Positions 19,533 to 33,359 of a stretch of 64,000 nt of DNA are shown piece by piece. Source of the stretch: Lama glama. Taxonomy: Eukaryota. The stretch spans positions 15,812,001 through 15,876,000 of the forward strand of contig CM052832.1 in the NCBI GenBank assembly GCA_028534125.1. The letters run 5' to 3'. Each line of letters begins with the position of its first letter. Within the stretch, counting starts at the first letter, position 1. A program made the position numbers and the translations under genes. The notes under the pieces are model-generated. The model worked only from the letters and a program-made list of their open reading frames with translations, was not told where the DNA came from and did not search any database.

Positions 19533-21394
19533 GTTAGAACTCTAGGTCGCTGTGTGCTATCCATTGCCCCCTACAGTTCTGGTGATGTCAGTAAACCCTA
19601 AGTGGGCTGAATCTTCCCACTGCAGGAACTACTGCTGGCTTAATCCACAAAGGGTGGGACATTACGAAAATGAGCTACTGTTTTTTTCAAAGTGTTACAC
19701 AGTGATTTCCAAGCCCTACCCCAACCCTGACACTCTCCCCACCCCCACCACACATACACACAGGCACACACACTTATGTACACATTAGCATTTCAGAATA
19801 TGCAGGAGGTCATGGGTTGTTTTTGGCGGGGGTGGGGGCTATTACTGCTGCTGTTATTTGTTTCTCAAAAGGAAGTGGATTTTGAAAGGCCCATATTCAC
19901 ATAGATTGATTTCTAAAATGACTTAATTGCCACATTAGACCTTTCTCACTGCCTCTCCCCCACCCCTTCTGCCTTTCTCTTTTTTTCTTCTCTATCAGAC
20001 TTGCAGCATATACACTGACAGTTTCTTCCTCACCTCCTACTTACTTCTCAGCCCACCACAATCTGGAGTCGACTCCCACTACAACACTGAAACGGCTCTC
20101 AATACATTTGTCAACCATCTCATAATTACCAAATCTAAGGACACTTTCCAGTCCTCCCTTGACTTCTGAGTAGCATTTGATAATGCTGACTTTGTCCTTC
20201 TTCACGGAACACCTCTATTTCTATGAACTGGCTTCTTCCTTATTCTCCTCTCAGCTCTCTGGATGCCCCTCATGCCACCAGATGCTTACAAGTTAGTGCA
20301 TTTCAGATATCTGGTTATTGTCTGGTGTCAGTGCCACGCCCCACTCTCCTACAATGTGATCTGGACTGCTCAGCCTAAGAATCTGCAAGGTGTGTATTTC
20401 CCAGTCTTCCTTAGTGGTGACTTCCTGTTAGATTCTCTCAGTAGGAAGCACTGGTGGGAGATCAGATGGCAGGAGAAACCAAGAAGCTTTCTGCTTTAGT
20501 TTCTAACAGGGTGGCACTTCCTCATAGGTATAGCAGCAGCAAGAGTGGTGGGGTTCTGGACTCCAGCTTCCTGGGCAGAGGAGGTACCTTCTCAATGATC
20601 CATCCATGATGGAGATGGTACCTTTTCAGCAGATCCAGAGGCAACTCTGATGGTGTCTCCCCCAGGACAACAGCAGGTGTAGACATGGATTCTAGCTCAG
20701 GGACAACAGTAACTTCTGATTTCCTGGCATTCCTCTTTCCTATTTGCACCTCCAGCCCCTCTCTTTTATCCTCTGGCATTTCTGGCCTCTTTAACACTTT
20801 TATAACCATTTCTGTATTAAATTCCCTCAGTCTGAAATATCTAGAATGGTTATACTTTCCTGCTGTGTGCTCACTTCGGCAGCACAAATACCACTTTCCT
20901 GCCTGGATCCCGGATGATAACTGGTATGAGATTTGGGGTTTGGACTCCTGCGGACTTACGTCCTTTTGTCACTTCCAGCTCCCCCTGCACAGTCTACCTG
21001 GATCTTATCCACCCCCTCTGCTTCAACACTGATGACTCTCAAATGAAGGTTCTTCAGCCCACACCTGAGATCTGTACCCATATACCTCACACCTGCTGGT
21101 GGCTGTTCCACTGGCACCTCAAATTCAGCGCAAAACTGAACTGCTTCTTTCCTTCATCAAACCTGCTTCTATGACATACTTTTTTTTTTTTGACATTTTT
21201 CCTATTTCATTTCAGTCCATCACTGATGACCCACCCAGTCACCAAAGCTAGAAATACTGGTGTTCACTCTCCCTGACTCCTCCACATCCAATCAGCAGCC
21301 AAGCCCTGATTATACTGATACTCACTTCCCTCCATCTCCTTTGGACATGACTTAATCCAAGCTCTTATCTTATCTCACCTAAATTAGTGCCATG

Positions 21395-21413
21395 TCGCTA
21401 CCAGAGGGCAGTA
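21395..21413 (+). promoter_or_regulatory. Candidate CTCF site upstream of DMA
   Basis: TCGCTACCAGAGGGCAGTA resembles the CTCF core CCACCAGRGGGCRS. Confidence 0.5.
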
Positions 21414-22453
21414 TGTGTGTGCAATTTGTAGTTTTGATGTCATAGACATCAAAATTATTACATGTGGACTTTTGACCAGCAGTTTTGCCTCAATTCTTTT
21501 CAAGCTCCAGTCTACTGTTTGAAGCATCAGAACAGTTTCTCTAAAATGTTAAAAAGTAATTGTGACTCTTCTGTTTTAATATCTCTATCATCTGCTAAGT
21601 GAAAAAGCACCCTCTTTGTGGCATAACAGTCAATGTGATTTGGCTCTTGTCTAAATTTCTACCTCATCTTGACATTCTTCCCCAACTCCCTCACCCCACG
21701 CCCATTACCAGACAGGGACACCTGAGCAGCCTCCACCATATTCACATCCCACTATACAGAGGTCTCCAAAGGAAGGAGCTCTGAATGCTTTGACCTTCAC
21801 ACATTTACCTACCCCTTGCCTTGGAATGCTTTTCTCTTCCCTCACATTCTGCTGGTCCAGCTGTTTTTCTTTCAAGACTCTTAGTAGCCTTCCTGATCAC
21901 ATCCCACCTATTCCTCCATCTTCATAAAACTACTACTTCCAAAGCACTTAACACATTCTTATTTGAACGCATCATGCTGTGTGTGATTATGTATTCATTG
22001 ACCACCACCCCCAATCGACTCTCAATCCCTTGAAGGAGGGAATATGCCTTTTTCATCTTTGTATTTCTAGCACTGGGCCCAAAACCTAACACTTGTTAAA
22101 TTCTCAGTATAGTTCTGCATAATAAAGAGAAACAAAGCCTGAAGGAGAATAACCTTTGTAAGAAAGAGGAGGAGGGTTCAGTGGGAGGAGGATTGGGAGG
22201 GAGAAGACAGAGCCTGAAGGGCCTTGGGGCATTGCTGTGGGAAGATGGGCTTCCCCAGTTCAGCATTCCACCACGGGGCGGTGCTGCTCTGAAGAGCCCA
22301 TCGGTTACAGGCTGAGGCTGACAGCCAGATACTAAAGAGGGATCCCCAGCAGGAGGCAGACAGTCCTCTACTGCCTACTCAACCCAGCTCCACACCCCAC
22401 TCTGGCCCAGTAAAAAGGCCAAGTCGTAAGAAGGTTGCTGGCCGCAGGTCTCT

Positions 22454-22496
22454 CCTTAGCAACTGATGATGTTAAACCCTACACTCCTGTGATTGG
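22454..22496 (+). promoter_or_regulatory. MHC class II X1/X2-Y promoter module of DMA
   Basis: X1 CCTTAGCAACTGATG (22454-22468), X2 TGATGTTA, Y box GATTGG (ATTGG 22492-22496) at typical spacing, ~120 bp upstream of the ATG. Confidence 0.85.
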
Positions 22497-22617
22497 TTTA
22501 GCCAGAATGGCCGGGGCAGTTATGGGAAGTGCGCTGGCAAAGCATGATCTGGGAAGAGAATATAAGGACCTGAATCAGCTGGTCGGTAGCTCCTAGCCCA
22601 CTGTGTGGTGTGAAGAT

Positions 22618-25600
22618 ATGGATCATGAGCTGAGCCAGGGAGCTGCACTGTTATGGCTGCTATACCTTCTGTGGCTGCTGCCCTACTCCTGGACTGCCCC
22701 CGAAGGTATGACAGTACCTCCCTTTTACTTCTGGATTAGAGCCTAGGGAGCCAACCCAGGGTATTTGAAAAGGAATCTTGTGCTCTGTAAATGGTGAGAG
22801 TATCATGAGAGAGTGGAAACGGTAGCAGAATTGGGAAAGAAAGCCACGATGGACGGACGGCAATGTCAGAGGTGCTTCAGACGCTCCGTTTAAAACAACT
22901 TCGCGAAGCAGGGATTACTGTATCTCTTTTAGAGATGAAGAAAATGAGACTCAGGGTTTAAGTAACTTGTGCAAGTTCACACAGTTGGAAAGTGGTAGAG
23001 CTGGGATTTGAACAAAACAAGTTATTTCCACAGTTCCTGTTTAGTCCTCACTTTGTCATCAATTCACCTTGTGATTCTTGAAAATTATCTTAACTTTATT
23101 GGTCCTTACTTTCCTTCTCTGCAAAGAATGGGGCATAATGGAAGAATAATCTGGAGGATTCCTCTTACTCTATCTTTCTGAGTATTGCATTTTGAGGAGT
23201 TTTCCTCTTGGCTGGGGGGATTCCTGCCAGGCGTTTCAAAGAATAGGGATTAATTTATGCAGCTGTGTTGCCATTCTGCAGGCTTGGGAAGATATTTTCA
23301 GAGAGACATGGTGCCAATGAAGTGGCTGAAAAGGAGCCTGGAGACTGGTTTTTCAGTCTGCCATGTGTGTCTGGGGATAGGATGGGGCAATGTCATCTAT
23401 GGCTTAGGGAGGCCACGACCATTCTTTCACCCACCCAGGTGAAGACTGGGGAACCCACCCAGGTCCTTCACAAGACAGTATGATGGCCTTCTGGGAATTA
23501 GACAAAGGTCTCCCCTTTGGGAGGATGTAGCCCTGTGCCAGGAGGCATGGCTTGGTGAGTAGGACACAGGCTAGATTTCAACCACCACTTACCTCCTTGG
23601 CTGAGTGCCTTTGGGCAAAAAACACAACCAACATCATGACTCTGAATCTGTCACTTTAGACAGTAGAGTTTTTTTTACTTTTCACAGCTTCAGACAGTTG
23701 GCCTTTTCATGCCTGGGGAAGCTTGGAGAGGTCCCGTAATTTCTTTTTTGCCCCCATCGGGAGGGTGAGCCTAAGTGACCGACATGAGATGGGTGACACC
23801 TCACCTCTCCCCATCTCCCTGAGCAGACCTTGCTGCTTTCTAAGCTAAAGAGGAGGAGGCTTCCACCTTCCTGAATCCCACACTGTCTGTTTTGCAGCTC
23901 CTGCCTCAGGGTGGCGGGATGAGCTGCAAAACCACACGTTCCTGCACACGATGTACTGCCAGAATGCCAGTCCCAACGTGGGGCTCTCCGAGACCTACGA
24001 CGAGGACCAGCTTTTCTCCTTCGACTTTTCCCAGAACATCCGAGTGCCTCGCCTGCCTGAATTTGCTGACTGGGCTCACAAGTCTGGAAATTCGTCCACC
24101 ATTTTCTTTGACAAAGGATTCTGCCAGAGGATGATTGAGGAAATCGGCCCACGACTTGAAGGGGAAATCCCAGTGTCTAGAGGTCAGAGGTTTCTTTGGG
24201 AGGTGGGCTGCACTCTCAACCTTACTGTACCCTGAGTTATTCCCCTTCTCACCAGCTCCCCATCTCTCATGCCTTCTGGTTCTCCCCTTGGACCGTGATT
24301 TTTCTACCAGCCTTGAGCTGCACTCTGTGTTTGTGGTGGGGCAGAAGACAAGTCCCTAGGACGTAATAGACATTCAAAAGTATTTCTTGAACTTGATGAA
24401 TTCAGCAGGGACCAATGGATGCCTATTGAGTATTAATGCTTGTGTTACTATGCTCCCAAGATAGAAGGGGAGAATGGAAGTATCTGATGATGTGCCTGCA
24501 TTTTTAATGAGAAGACAACATGTGATCAGATGCCCATGTGAGATCTAGATAGGAAGTGCTGCAGGAAGTCAGGATGGAGAGTCCAGAGTGGCCTGGATTT
24601 GGTCCAGTTCTGGTTCTTGTCTGGCAGAAGACCTCCCGCAGAGCTCAGCTCCTCCCTCATCTTTCCTCCCAAAGCTCATCCCCATTGACACTGTCTCTGC
24701 CCTCCCCACTATATGCCACGTCCCCTCTCCAATCACTGGGGTACCATCTAAACTAGTGGCTTCTTTCCCTCACACCTCGACCCCTCCACAGGGCTCCCCA
24801 TCCCTGAGGTGTTCACGCTGAAGCCCCTGGAGTTTGGCAAGCCCAACACGCTGGTCTGTTTTGTCAGTAACCTCTTCCCACCCGCACTGACGGTGAACTG
24901 GCAACATCAGGCGGCCCCCGTGGAAGGAGTCGGGCCCACTTTTGTCTCAGCTGTTGATGGACTCAGCTTCCAGGCCTTTTCTTACTTAAACTTCACACCG
25001 ACACCCTATGACCTTTTCTCCTGCATCGTGACTCATGAGATTGACAGCTACACAGCAATTGCCTATTGGGGTGAGACCCTTTTCCCTGGAAACCTGGTTC
25101 CTTTTGGAGGCAGAAAAGGGGTAGACCCATGGGAGGGCTCCTTTCTCCACTTGGCCCTTGTTTAGTCCATTCTCACTCTGAGTCAACCCCGATCTTCCAT
25201 GCCTCAGTTTCTTCCTTGACACCCACATAATTCCCCTGGGTAGGGGGCTCCCCAGCCAGGTCTCCAGGCTGACCTGCTCCCTGTTTTCTCCAGTGCCCCA
25301 GAATGCGCTGCCCTCAGACCTTCTGGAGAATGTGCTGTGCGGCGTGGCCTTTGGCCTGGGTGTGCTGGGCATCATTGTTGGCTTGGTCCTCATCATCTAC
25401 TTCCGAAAGCCTTGTTTACGTGGTACGTCAGGGCATCTGAAGCCGGGTGTGTGTGCCAGGACTATCCTGTGCAATGCGAGGCACATGCAGTGATCCTCAA
25501 GCCTGTGGGTGGGCAGGCCTGTATTGAGCACCTCAGGACATCCTCCGAGTTGGGGTCCCAGGTCCACACACAGAGTTATAGGTCACAAGAATGGCTTGGA

Positions 25601-25748
25601 GTGGGAGGGGAGTGATTGGGGGAGCTGTAGAAGGGGTGCTTGGAGATGATTTGGAGACAAGGAGAGATCGACTTCTGCAGAGTGTGTTGCAGACCAGAAG
25701 AGAACCCCCCTGATGGCTTTCCTTCACCCTCCTCTCTCCTCAGACTGA
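22618..25748 (+). CDS. DMA: MHC class II DM alpha chain (261 aa), intact
   Basis: Exons 22618-22705, 23898-24182, 24792-25070, 25294-25422, 25744-25748 (88+285+279+129+5 = 786 nt). Leader MDHELSQGAALLWLL, alpha1 LQNHTFLHTMYCQ...FDKGFC, alpha2 KPNTLVCFVSNLFPP...FSCIVTHE, TM VLCGVAFGLGVLGIIVGLVLIIY, tail RKPCLRD*. Confidence 0.97.
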
Positions 25749-25870
25749 CTCTTCTTGACCAGAGTCTGATGCCAAGAACTTCAGCCATCCAAGCAGGAGA
25801 TGTTCAGGTTTCCCACATCCTGCCTAGGATCTCTTCTCAGAGCAGAAGGCCCTGGGACTCCCCTGGAGGG

Positions 25871-25897
25871 TGTGTGTGTGTGTGTGTGCGTGCGTGT
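25871..25897. repeat. (TG)n microsatellite in the DMA 3'UTR
   Basis: Direct inspection. Confidence 0.9.
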
Positions 25898-26009
25898 GAG
25901 TCTGTGTAGTACATGTTTCTAAGCTGGGGGCTCTGCTGTCCCTGGTCTTGCATCCAAGGGAACCCAGAGTGGACTTCCTATCACGACCACATCCCATCCA
26001 CATCAAGGC

Positions 26010-26015
26010 AATAAA
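26010..26015 (+). terminator. DMA polyadenylation signal
   Basis: AATAAA ~260 nt after the stop, followed by GT/T-rich sequence. Confidence 0.75.
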
Positions 26016-26728
26016 TCTTAGTTCTTAATATTGATGTGGCTTCTTTTTTAACTCATGATATTTATTTCTGGATATTTTAACTCGAGTAGGTTGTCATTTC
26101 AAATTCAACATGCCTCTACTTGAATAGCTTGTCCTCGTTCTGGAGAGAAATGGGAAAACCCCTAATTCCTCAGCTGACTCCCGGCCCCTAGTTTCAGCAC
26201 TACACAATGGCTTCTACTCGGATCCGTTTGTGCAAAATATGTGAGAAATGAAGGCACAGCCACTTTATGATAATCTGCTCACAAATGGTGGAGGAGCTGC
26301 TAGTAGGGTTTTGGTTTTTGTTTTGATTTTTTTTTTTGCACTTCACTGCTTGTGAAAATGTTAATGTCAAGTACAAGCTGCCTTGAGAAATATATAACTG
26401 CCTTCAACCTTCATCCTAGCTGGGAAAACAAGAGCTCAAAGTGGGATAAAGAAGCCTTCAGATGCTCTTCTAACTCAGCCATACTGGTTTTGTGAAAACA
26501 GTATATTCAAGCTCCCGAGGGGAAGTGCAAGTAGCCTAAAAGGGCCTAGGATGCATGTGTCCCTTCACGCTGTTTATTCTTTGGCCTCAGTAAATCATCC
26601 AAGGAGACCTGTGACAGTGCTGTCCTGGTGGATGGGCACATGACAGGAGCACGTGACATCTGCTGGTAACTCACTTTGCATATGCTTTTCTTCTTGCTTT
26701 CCTTAGGGTCCAGGGAATCTAATCTAGG

Positions 26729-26834
26729 CGGGAGGTAATTGGGTTTATTTATTTTTTAATGGAGGTACTGGGGATTGAACCCAGGACTTCACGCATGATA
26801 GGCATGCGATCTACCACTGAGCTTACCCTCCCCT
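26729..26834 (-). mobile_element. Vic-1-like SINE
   Basis: GGAGGTACTGGGGATTGAACCCAGG...CTACCACTGAGC consensus. Confidence 0.85.
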
Positions 26835-28369
26835 CTTCTGGAACCTACTTTGAATCTACCTTCAAATATGGTGTGTTCCCCGTTGAGATGTTTTCCTTTT
26901 TCTTTTCACTTTACCATTCTACATCTGTCTTTTATTACTTTCTAGTTCTTCTTGATCTCTCTGTCTCCATTTTCCAGCTTATCCAGAAATTTCCTGCCAG
27001 TGAAGCCTTAAAACTGCTTTTAATAGGCTGTGTGACCTTAGATAAGTCATGGCCCCTCTCTGGGCCTCAAACTCCTCATCTGTGAAATGATAGACTTAGG
27101 TTAGATGCTCTCAGATCAAACATTCTGTGATACTGTCACTTAGAATACTCGAGAAGCATTCCAGACCCTCTCTAGTCTGGTGTCCCCCTTCTAATCAAAA
27201 AAATATGACCCACTCTTCCCAGCAGGAATCCTGTTTTGAATGAATCAGTTCTCATCATTTTCCTTGAAGGTATCATGTCTGTCTTCACTTGAGGGGAACT
27301 GCCCAGATATTTCCCTCTCACTGGAATGCCTTCTCTTTTTGGCTGAGCTTGTTCTCATCTTAACCAACCCTAGAGCTCCAACCCAAGTTCCACCCCCACC
27401 ATGAATCTGTTCCCAATTCTCCAGCCCTCACTGACCTTTCTTGAACTCTTCCAAGACATAGCACACTCAACCCAGGCTTTACTCTCACAGATATGCTGCC
27501 TTGTTTCATGTGTCAATTTTTTTCACGCTTCTAGTTTGTAATGTCAGTAAGTCAGGGATCATAAACAGTTTACACTCCCACCAACAGAGGAAGGTGTTTC
27601 TCATTTTCCTTTATTGTCACTACTGCTAGAAATTATTTGACTTTGAAATGTTGGCGATTCAGTAGGTCTAAAGTGGTATCGTGTTTTAATTTGCCTTTCT
27701 CTCATTACTAGTGAGGCCAGGATTCTTCTCACAGGTTTCTTGTTCTGTGAATTGCTGATTCATATCTTTTCTCTCTCTTAAACATTGCTGTTTCTTGTCT
27801 TTTTCTTATGAAATTGTGGGGATTTCTGATATATTCTATATAGTAATCTTATGTCAGTATAAATATTGCAAGTCCTTTCTTCCACTTTGCTGCTCAGCAG
27901 TTAAATTTGTATACAGTTCCTTCCCTGAACAGAATTATTTCATTTTGAGAGTCAAAACCCATATATTTGTGCTTTTATAATCTTAAAAAATCCTTTCGAA
28001 CCCTAAGGCAGTAAAGTTACAAATTTTTGCTAGGATACAACATGATAGAGTGATTCTCCATTTTCTCAATGAGAATATTTTAAAAGATTTTTAACCAATG
28101 TCAAGATGTAAAGTTTTAGATACATAGAAGTTACAGGGAAATAGTCAAATGTCTGCTAACTAGTTAATAACTCACAAATTTAAAATCACATATTTTATAG
28201 CATAATATAAATGTAAGCATAATACTGTCTCTACTCTCATATTTCATAAAACAATTTTTATTTGATTCTTCTCATGTATTTATTTTTGAGTAGGCTAATA
28301 ACTTCTAAATTTTTTTATTTATTTATGTAAAAAGTAAATCAATTCATTTAAACTAAAAAAACCCCACCA

Positions 28370-28627
28370 AAAACTATTTGTCCATTTCTCCTACCTCTTG
28401 CCCCTGGCCTCTGGCAACCACAAATCTGTTCTGTTCTCTGTTTCCACAAGCTTAGTTATTCTTTTGTTTTTGTTTATTTGTTTTTTTAGATTCCACATAT
28501 AAGAGAGATCATATGGTGTTTTTCTTTCTCTATCTGACTTACTTCAATTCACACAATGCCCTCAAGGTCCTTCCCTGTTGTTGCAAATGGCAAAATTTCA
28601 ATCTTTTTTATGGCTGAATAATATTTC

Positions 28628-28682
<55 letters not shown>

Positions 28683-28955
28683 TATCCATTCACCCATTGA
28701 TGGACAGTTAGGTTGTTTCCATACCCTGCCCACTGTAAATAATGTTACAGTGAACATAGGAGTGCATATATCTTTTTGAATTAGTGTTTTCATTTTCTTT
28801 GGATAAATACCTACCAGTGGAATTGCTAGATCAGATGGTAGTTCTATTTTTAATTTTTCTGAGGCCTCTCCATGCTGTTGGTGAATCCTTGTGCACTGTT
28901 GGTAGGAGTGTAAATTGGTGGAGCCACTGTGGAAAACATTATGGAAGTTTCTCAC
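28370..28955 (-). mobile_element. Truncated L1 3' end (ORF2 C-terminus remnant) with (TA)n and a short inverted 5' segment
   Basis: Minus-strand KLKIELPSDLAIPLVGIYPK...CTPMF...WKQPNCPS.GEWINKL is typical of the L1 ORF2 end; 28883-28953 is L1 in the opposite orientation. Confidence 0.8.
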
Positions 28956-31900
28956 GTCTTTATTAATTGAAATCATTTAAGGATAATGTATCTTCTCCAA
29001 ACAGCTTTGAGAGAGTGGGCATAATTTGGAGAGAAACACCCCCCACAAACTTATATGTAAGGTAATTCTCTCTTTTCTCATGAATAATTTTGGGTAAAAT
29101 AACTTTGCCTTATATTTATCTGGCCCTAGATGATCTGCCACTATGCCTTCTTCTATTGGTGCTATTGTTTTCCTTTCATAGTCAGATCTTTATTGATCTG
29201 GAATTTTTCTATATGGTGTGAGTATGGGTACAACTTTCTTCTTCTCAATACATTAAATTGATCTTCTTAATACTGTTTATCAAATATTCAATTTATTCCT
29301 AGGAATTTTATACCAAATTTCCCTAAATGCATAGATTTGTCTCTGGATTATTCAGTTCAGTTGGTTTGTCAGTTCCTGGGTCCACTTAGCCATGTTTCAA
29401 TTATTATGGCTTTTTAATATGTATTAAAATTTGGTAGGGCTAGTTTCATTTCCTTTGCCAGCTCACCTCCCCCAAAAAACACATTTTGCTCTTCTTTATC
29501 AAAATTGTCTAAGATACTCATGGACTTTATTATCTGGTACATTTTAAAATCAGCTTGTCAAGTTCTCCCCAAATTCTCCTATGATTTTGGTTGGGACAGC
29601 ATGTAGGTTAGCAATTTGGGAGGAAATTGGACTTCTTCATTATGTTAGGATGCCTCATCCATGAATATGGTATGTCTCTTTGCTTCTTGAGTTCTTCATC
29701 TGTGTATATTAATAAAGTTTCTTTTTTCCCATAAAATTCTTATACTTTTGTTTGTTAATTTCTAAATATGTTATAGTTTTAAAATTACTATTATAAATGG
29801 TTGGCAATTTTCAGTTATTTTCTAACTGATTATTAGGAGTCTAGGATTTAGGATCATAAATCCTGAGTTCAAGTCATGGTGCTAATACTTAGTATCTGGG
29901 TAAAACTGGGCAATCACTAAACTGCCTCTGTCTCTATTTTCTCATAGTTAAGACAGAGAGAGAATAATATTACTCAAGAGTCACGGTGGCAAATCTGGTA
30001 GACTATCCTCTAGTAGTTCAAGTGATTTGGCTGCAGGAAGGAAGGATGTTGAACTAGCTACAGCAACAGCAGCCCAAATGTCAGGGTCTAGAGCATGAAT
30101 CTTGGTAGAGAAGAGGGAGAGCCCTGAGAGAAGTAAGGTGGGAGGGGGTGGGGGTGAGGTTGGACAACTGGGAAGTAATGTAATCCTGGTGGGATGCAGA
30201 AGTGTGTAGTTTTGAAAAGACACTGAAGGAAGTCACAATGTGGTCTCCTGCTGTTGGTTTTAAATTACAAATGACTGACAGATTGAGGAAATTTTGAGTT
30301 TATACCACAGAGGCTTGAGTTAAAACCATCTGTCCAGAAGAGGAACCTGAGAACTTCCAGGAGGGAACCTTAGGAAGTAACTAGAAGAGATTTATTTTTA
30401 TGGCCATATTCTCAGAAAAAAACATAAGAACGAATTTATGACTTTCTGCAATGTGCAATGCCAGTGACGTTACTGTAGCTCATTTTGTTTTAGCCAGTCC
30501 GGGTACTCGGTAGACCCCCAAGAGCACCTTATAACATGGCCAAGCTTGTGCCAAGACCACAATGCCAACTGCCTTCCTCTTCTCCGACGCAAATCCAGCC
30601 CACTCAATGGAGAGGACTTCCTGGCCACCAAACCCGCAATGACTTCTCTTTTCTCTTTTAAGTCCACTGGCCTTATTGCTTACTTTAACATAAACTCTTC
30701 TCTTTGTAGATATTTGTTCTCACTCCCCAAAAGCGAAAGATGTGGGGGCAGAGTCCACATTTCTTAGCTCTTGGTTTTCCCTGTAATGCTTTGCACATAA
30801 ACATCATGGTTAGTCCACTTCTGGCCTGTGGTGGCCAGACTAGGGGAAGAGGCAGCAGGAAAGGAGAGGACTCACTCTTTGGGCCCTTGTGTAGTGGCAG
30901 TAAAAGAGGGACATCATATGGGAAGCTGGCTGGAGTTCCCAAACTTCTGCAGTCCTGATGCTGCGTAAATAATTATCCACTCACCAACATAGATAGGACA
31001 GTTGAAATATTCTTTTGGGTTGACTGCAGGTGGGGGACAGAGCTATGTCTGTAAAAAAAAGAAAAGGGTTAGGAGGAAGAGGGGAAGAAAGAAACCGCTT
31101 CACTGAGCACAGGTCTGTGGTTTTTTTCTGTCCTGCTTGATTCTAAAAAACACCCTCAGTCTTCTCATTAATAGAGAAGTGAAATCTTCTACATTTCCTG
31201 CTGTTGCCTTGTGGGAAGGTTTCACATCTCCTTTGGCTGCCAGAGCAGAGACTCAGACACGAGAGGGAACTCGCTGAGCCTCAGTGAGCTGGCAGAGGGC
31301 CACACCAGTGTGACCGTGGAGGACCACACGAGTGTTCCTGTGCCAGGGTGGGTTTTGTAGACATTGAAAAGGATCCCAAGCCCTGGTTCCTGCAAGATTA
31401 CGCTCAGCGCCTACTTAGGGGGAGAAGGAGAGATGGGAGGAAGAAGTGTGCATGTGTGTAGGAGAAGTCACACAAATCTGAAACTGTTGAAAGAGAAAGT
31501 GGAAGAGACACTGGTTCTAAGAGCAGAAGGAACTCTGAATCGGAAAGATAAGACTTAGAAGGATGGGGTGGCTCTTCTCTTTCTCCTTTTCTCAGGGGAG
31601 GCCGCCACGAGCTAACTTTATGTGGGTCATCTCAGTCCCAGGATGTAGTGAGCGTGTGGGCACGTGCAAGTGTGTGTGTGTGTGTGTGTACCTCTAGACC
31701 TTGGGGGTGACTCTTTGGACCTGTTTTCCAAACTCTAAAATGAGGACAACTAACAGGTCTTCTGAGATGAAGTGAGACAGTGTGTAAAGGGTCTGCTTGG
31801 CACAGCATCTGTCACAAAGTAGCAGCACAACAAATTTTGGACTTCCTCACCCCTATTTTCTGCCCATTCAACACACTTACTGGTTCATTAGAGACGTTAA

Positions 31901-32960
31901 AGTGCAGAACAATCTTATAACCAAGATGGGGTTGAGAGTTCGGGTAGAGCTTCAGTTAAGCTCAACTAGTTACTCAAAACAAGTCTTTTTTTCTGATAAT
32001 CATCTTGGTATTCTGTTTTGGTACATGCTTTTTTCCCTCCTTCTCTTTTTTCCTCATAAATATCAGATTCTCTTGGGGTCAGGGACTTTGAGGGAGGACA
32101 AATAAGTGTGGTATCAAGGGATTCCCTCCTAATCCTCTTTTGTTTAGCTCGCTATTAAGTCAAATTCAAGAGCGTTCAGAAACCAAGGCAGCTCTGAAGA
32201 CTGGTGGGGAGCCCGGAGAAGCCAACTTAAGAGTTTTAAATGTGCAACGGAAAAATCTATCAATTGTATAGTTCACAATGACCATGAATTGCTATCGAAA
32301 ATCTGTCTTTTCCAGGGGAAGAAAAGTAGGGAAGCTTTATCTCATTTTTCTAGTGGCCTCATAATGCGAGCTCCTGCCCCAGGACAGATGGGACCAGTAG
32401 GGGAAACACACGGGACAGTTTTGAGTTGGGGGAGACAAGTGAGCTCTGGGCACTGGCCCATCACCAGCTGTTTATCGAGGGATTTAAGTGGAGTTGCCCT
32501 GTGGTCTGCCCTGAGATGGTTCAGAAGGTAGGAGCATAGGGTTTCCTGGCTCCAGAGAGCAGAAAGGAGAAAATGGAGCCTGCTTGGCTAGTACAGAAGA
32601 AGCAGTGGAGGCCCAGGGAGTGATTTCCAGGGTTGTGGCCCTGATCTCTAAGGTGAAACTGCTTCCCTTAATCTGCATCTTGTTTTGGGGCCAGATAACT
32701 GCACTCTCCCTGTGCCTGCTTCCTTCTCAGCAGCCCTGCCTCTGCCACCTCCCCAGGAGGGCCCCTTGTCCTGTTGTGATAGGACAGACCTAGGGTTATG
32801 TAACCAAGGGTTAATTTCCCAAGTAACTTCCCTTTAAGGAACAAGAGAGGTTATCTAGTCCCAGTCTTTGGGAGAACTTTGAGAAGAAACAGGTAAACCA
32901 GTGGGCAGTCTAGGCTACATACATCCTGGGAAGAATGCGATGATTCTCTCCACTTATCTA

Positions 32961-33114
32961 GGGAAATCCTCCTGTTCCACAGGAGAAGAGTTAAGAAAGA
33001 CACCAGGAGTTCTTAAAAGCCTAGGGCAGGATGAGATTTACCTAGTGACTGATGATGCTGAGCTGGGGCACTCAGCGATTTGTCTGTACACTTGTCCCCA
33101 CCCACCCAGCCAAT
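32961..33114 (+). promoter_or_regulatory. DMB promoter (kB-like site, X1/X2, variant Y, CCAAT)
   Basis: GGGAAATCC (32961-32969), X1 CCTAGTGACTGATG (33041-33054) with X2 TGATGCTG, Y-like GCGATTTG (33075-33082), CCAAT (33110-33114). Confidence 0.75.
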
Positions 33115-33359
33115 CTGACAATTCTGTTTGGGACACCGACTTAGATGCGCTGGTAAGGAACAGGTTTAGTATCTAGGGGCTTGGTTGCTGAGAACCACTC
33201 ACTTAGAGAGCATCAGGGGGGCCTGGGCATTACCACATTCCCACTCAGCGTCTGGAGACCACCTACCCAGGCTGGGACTTCTGGAGCAGGCGAGGACCCA
33301 AGGCTCCTGGAAGAGCTGGTCCAGGGGACTGAATTCCCCGGGGCTGCCCAGAGCGGAGA

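Noticed and set aside
25423..25493. DMA exon 4 frame continuing into intron 4 (extended Cys-rich tail)
   Set aside because: A canonical donor at 25423 and terminal exon at 25744 reproduce the standard 261-aa chain; nothing supports read-through.
28629..28976. 115-aa ORF
   Set aside because: L1 ORF2 remnant running into a (TA)n repeat.
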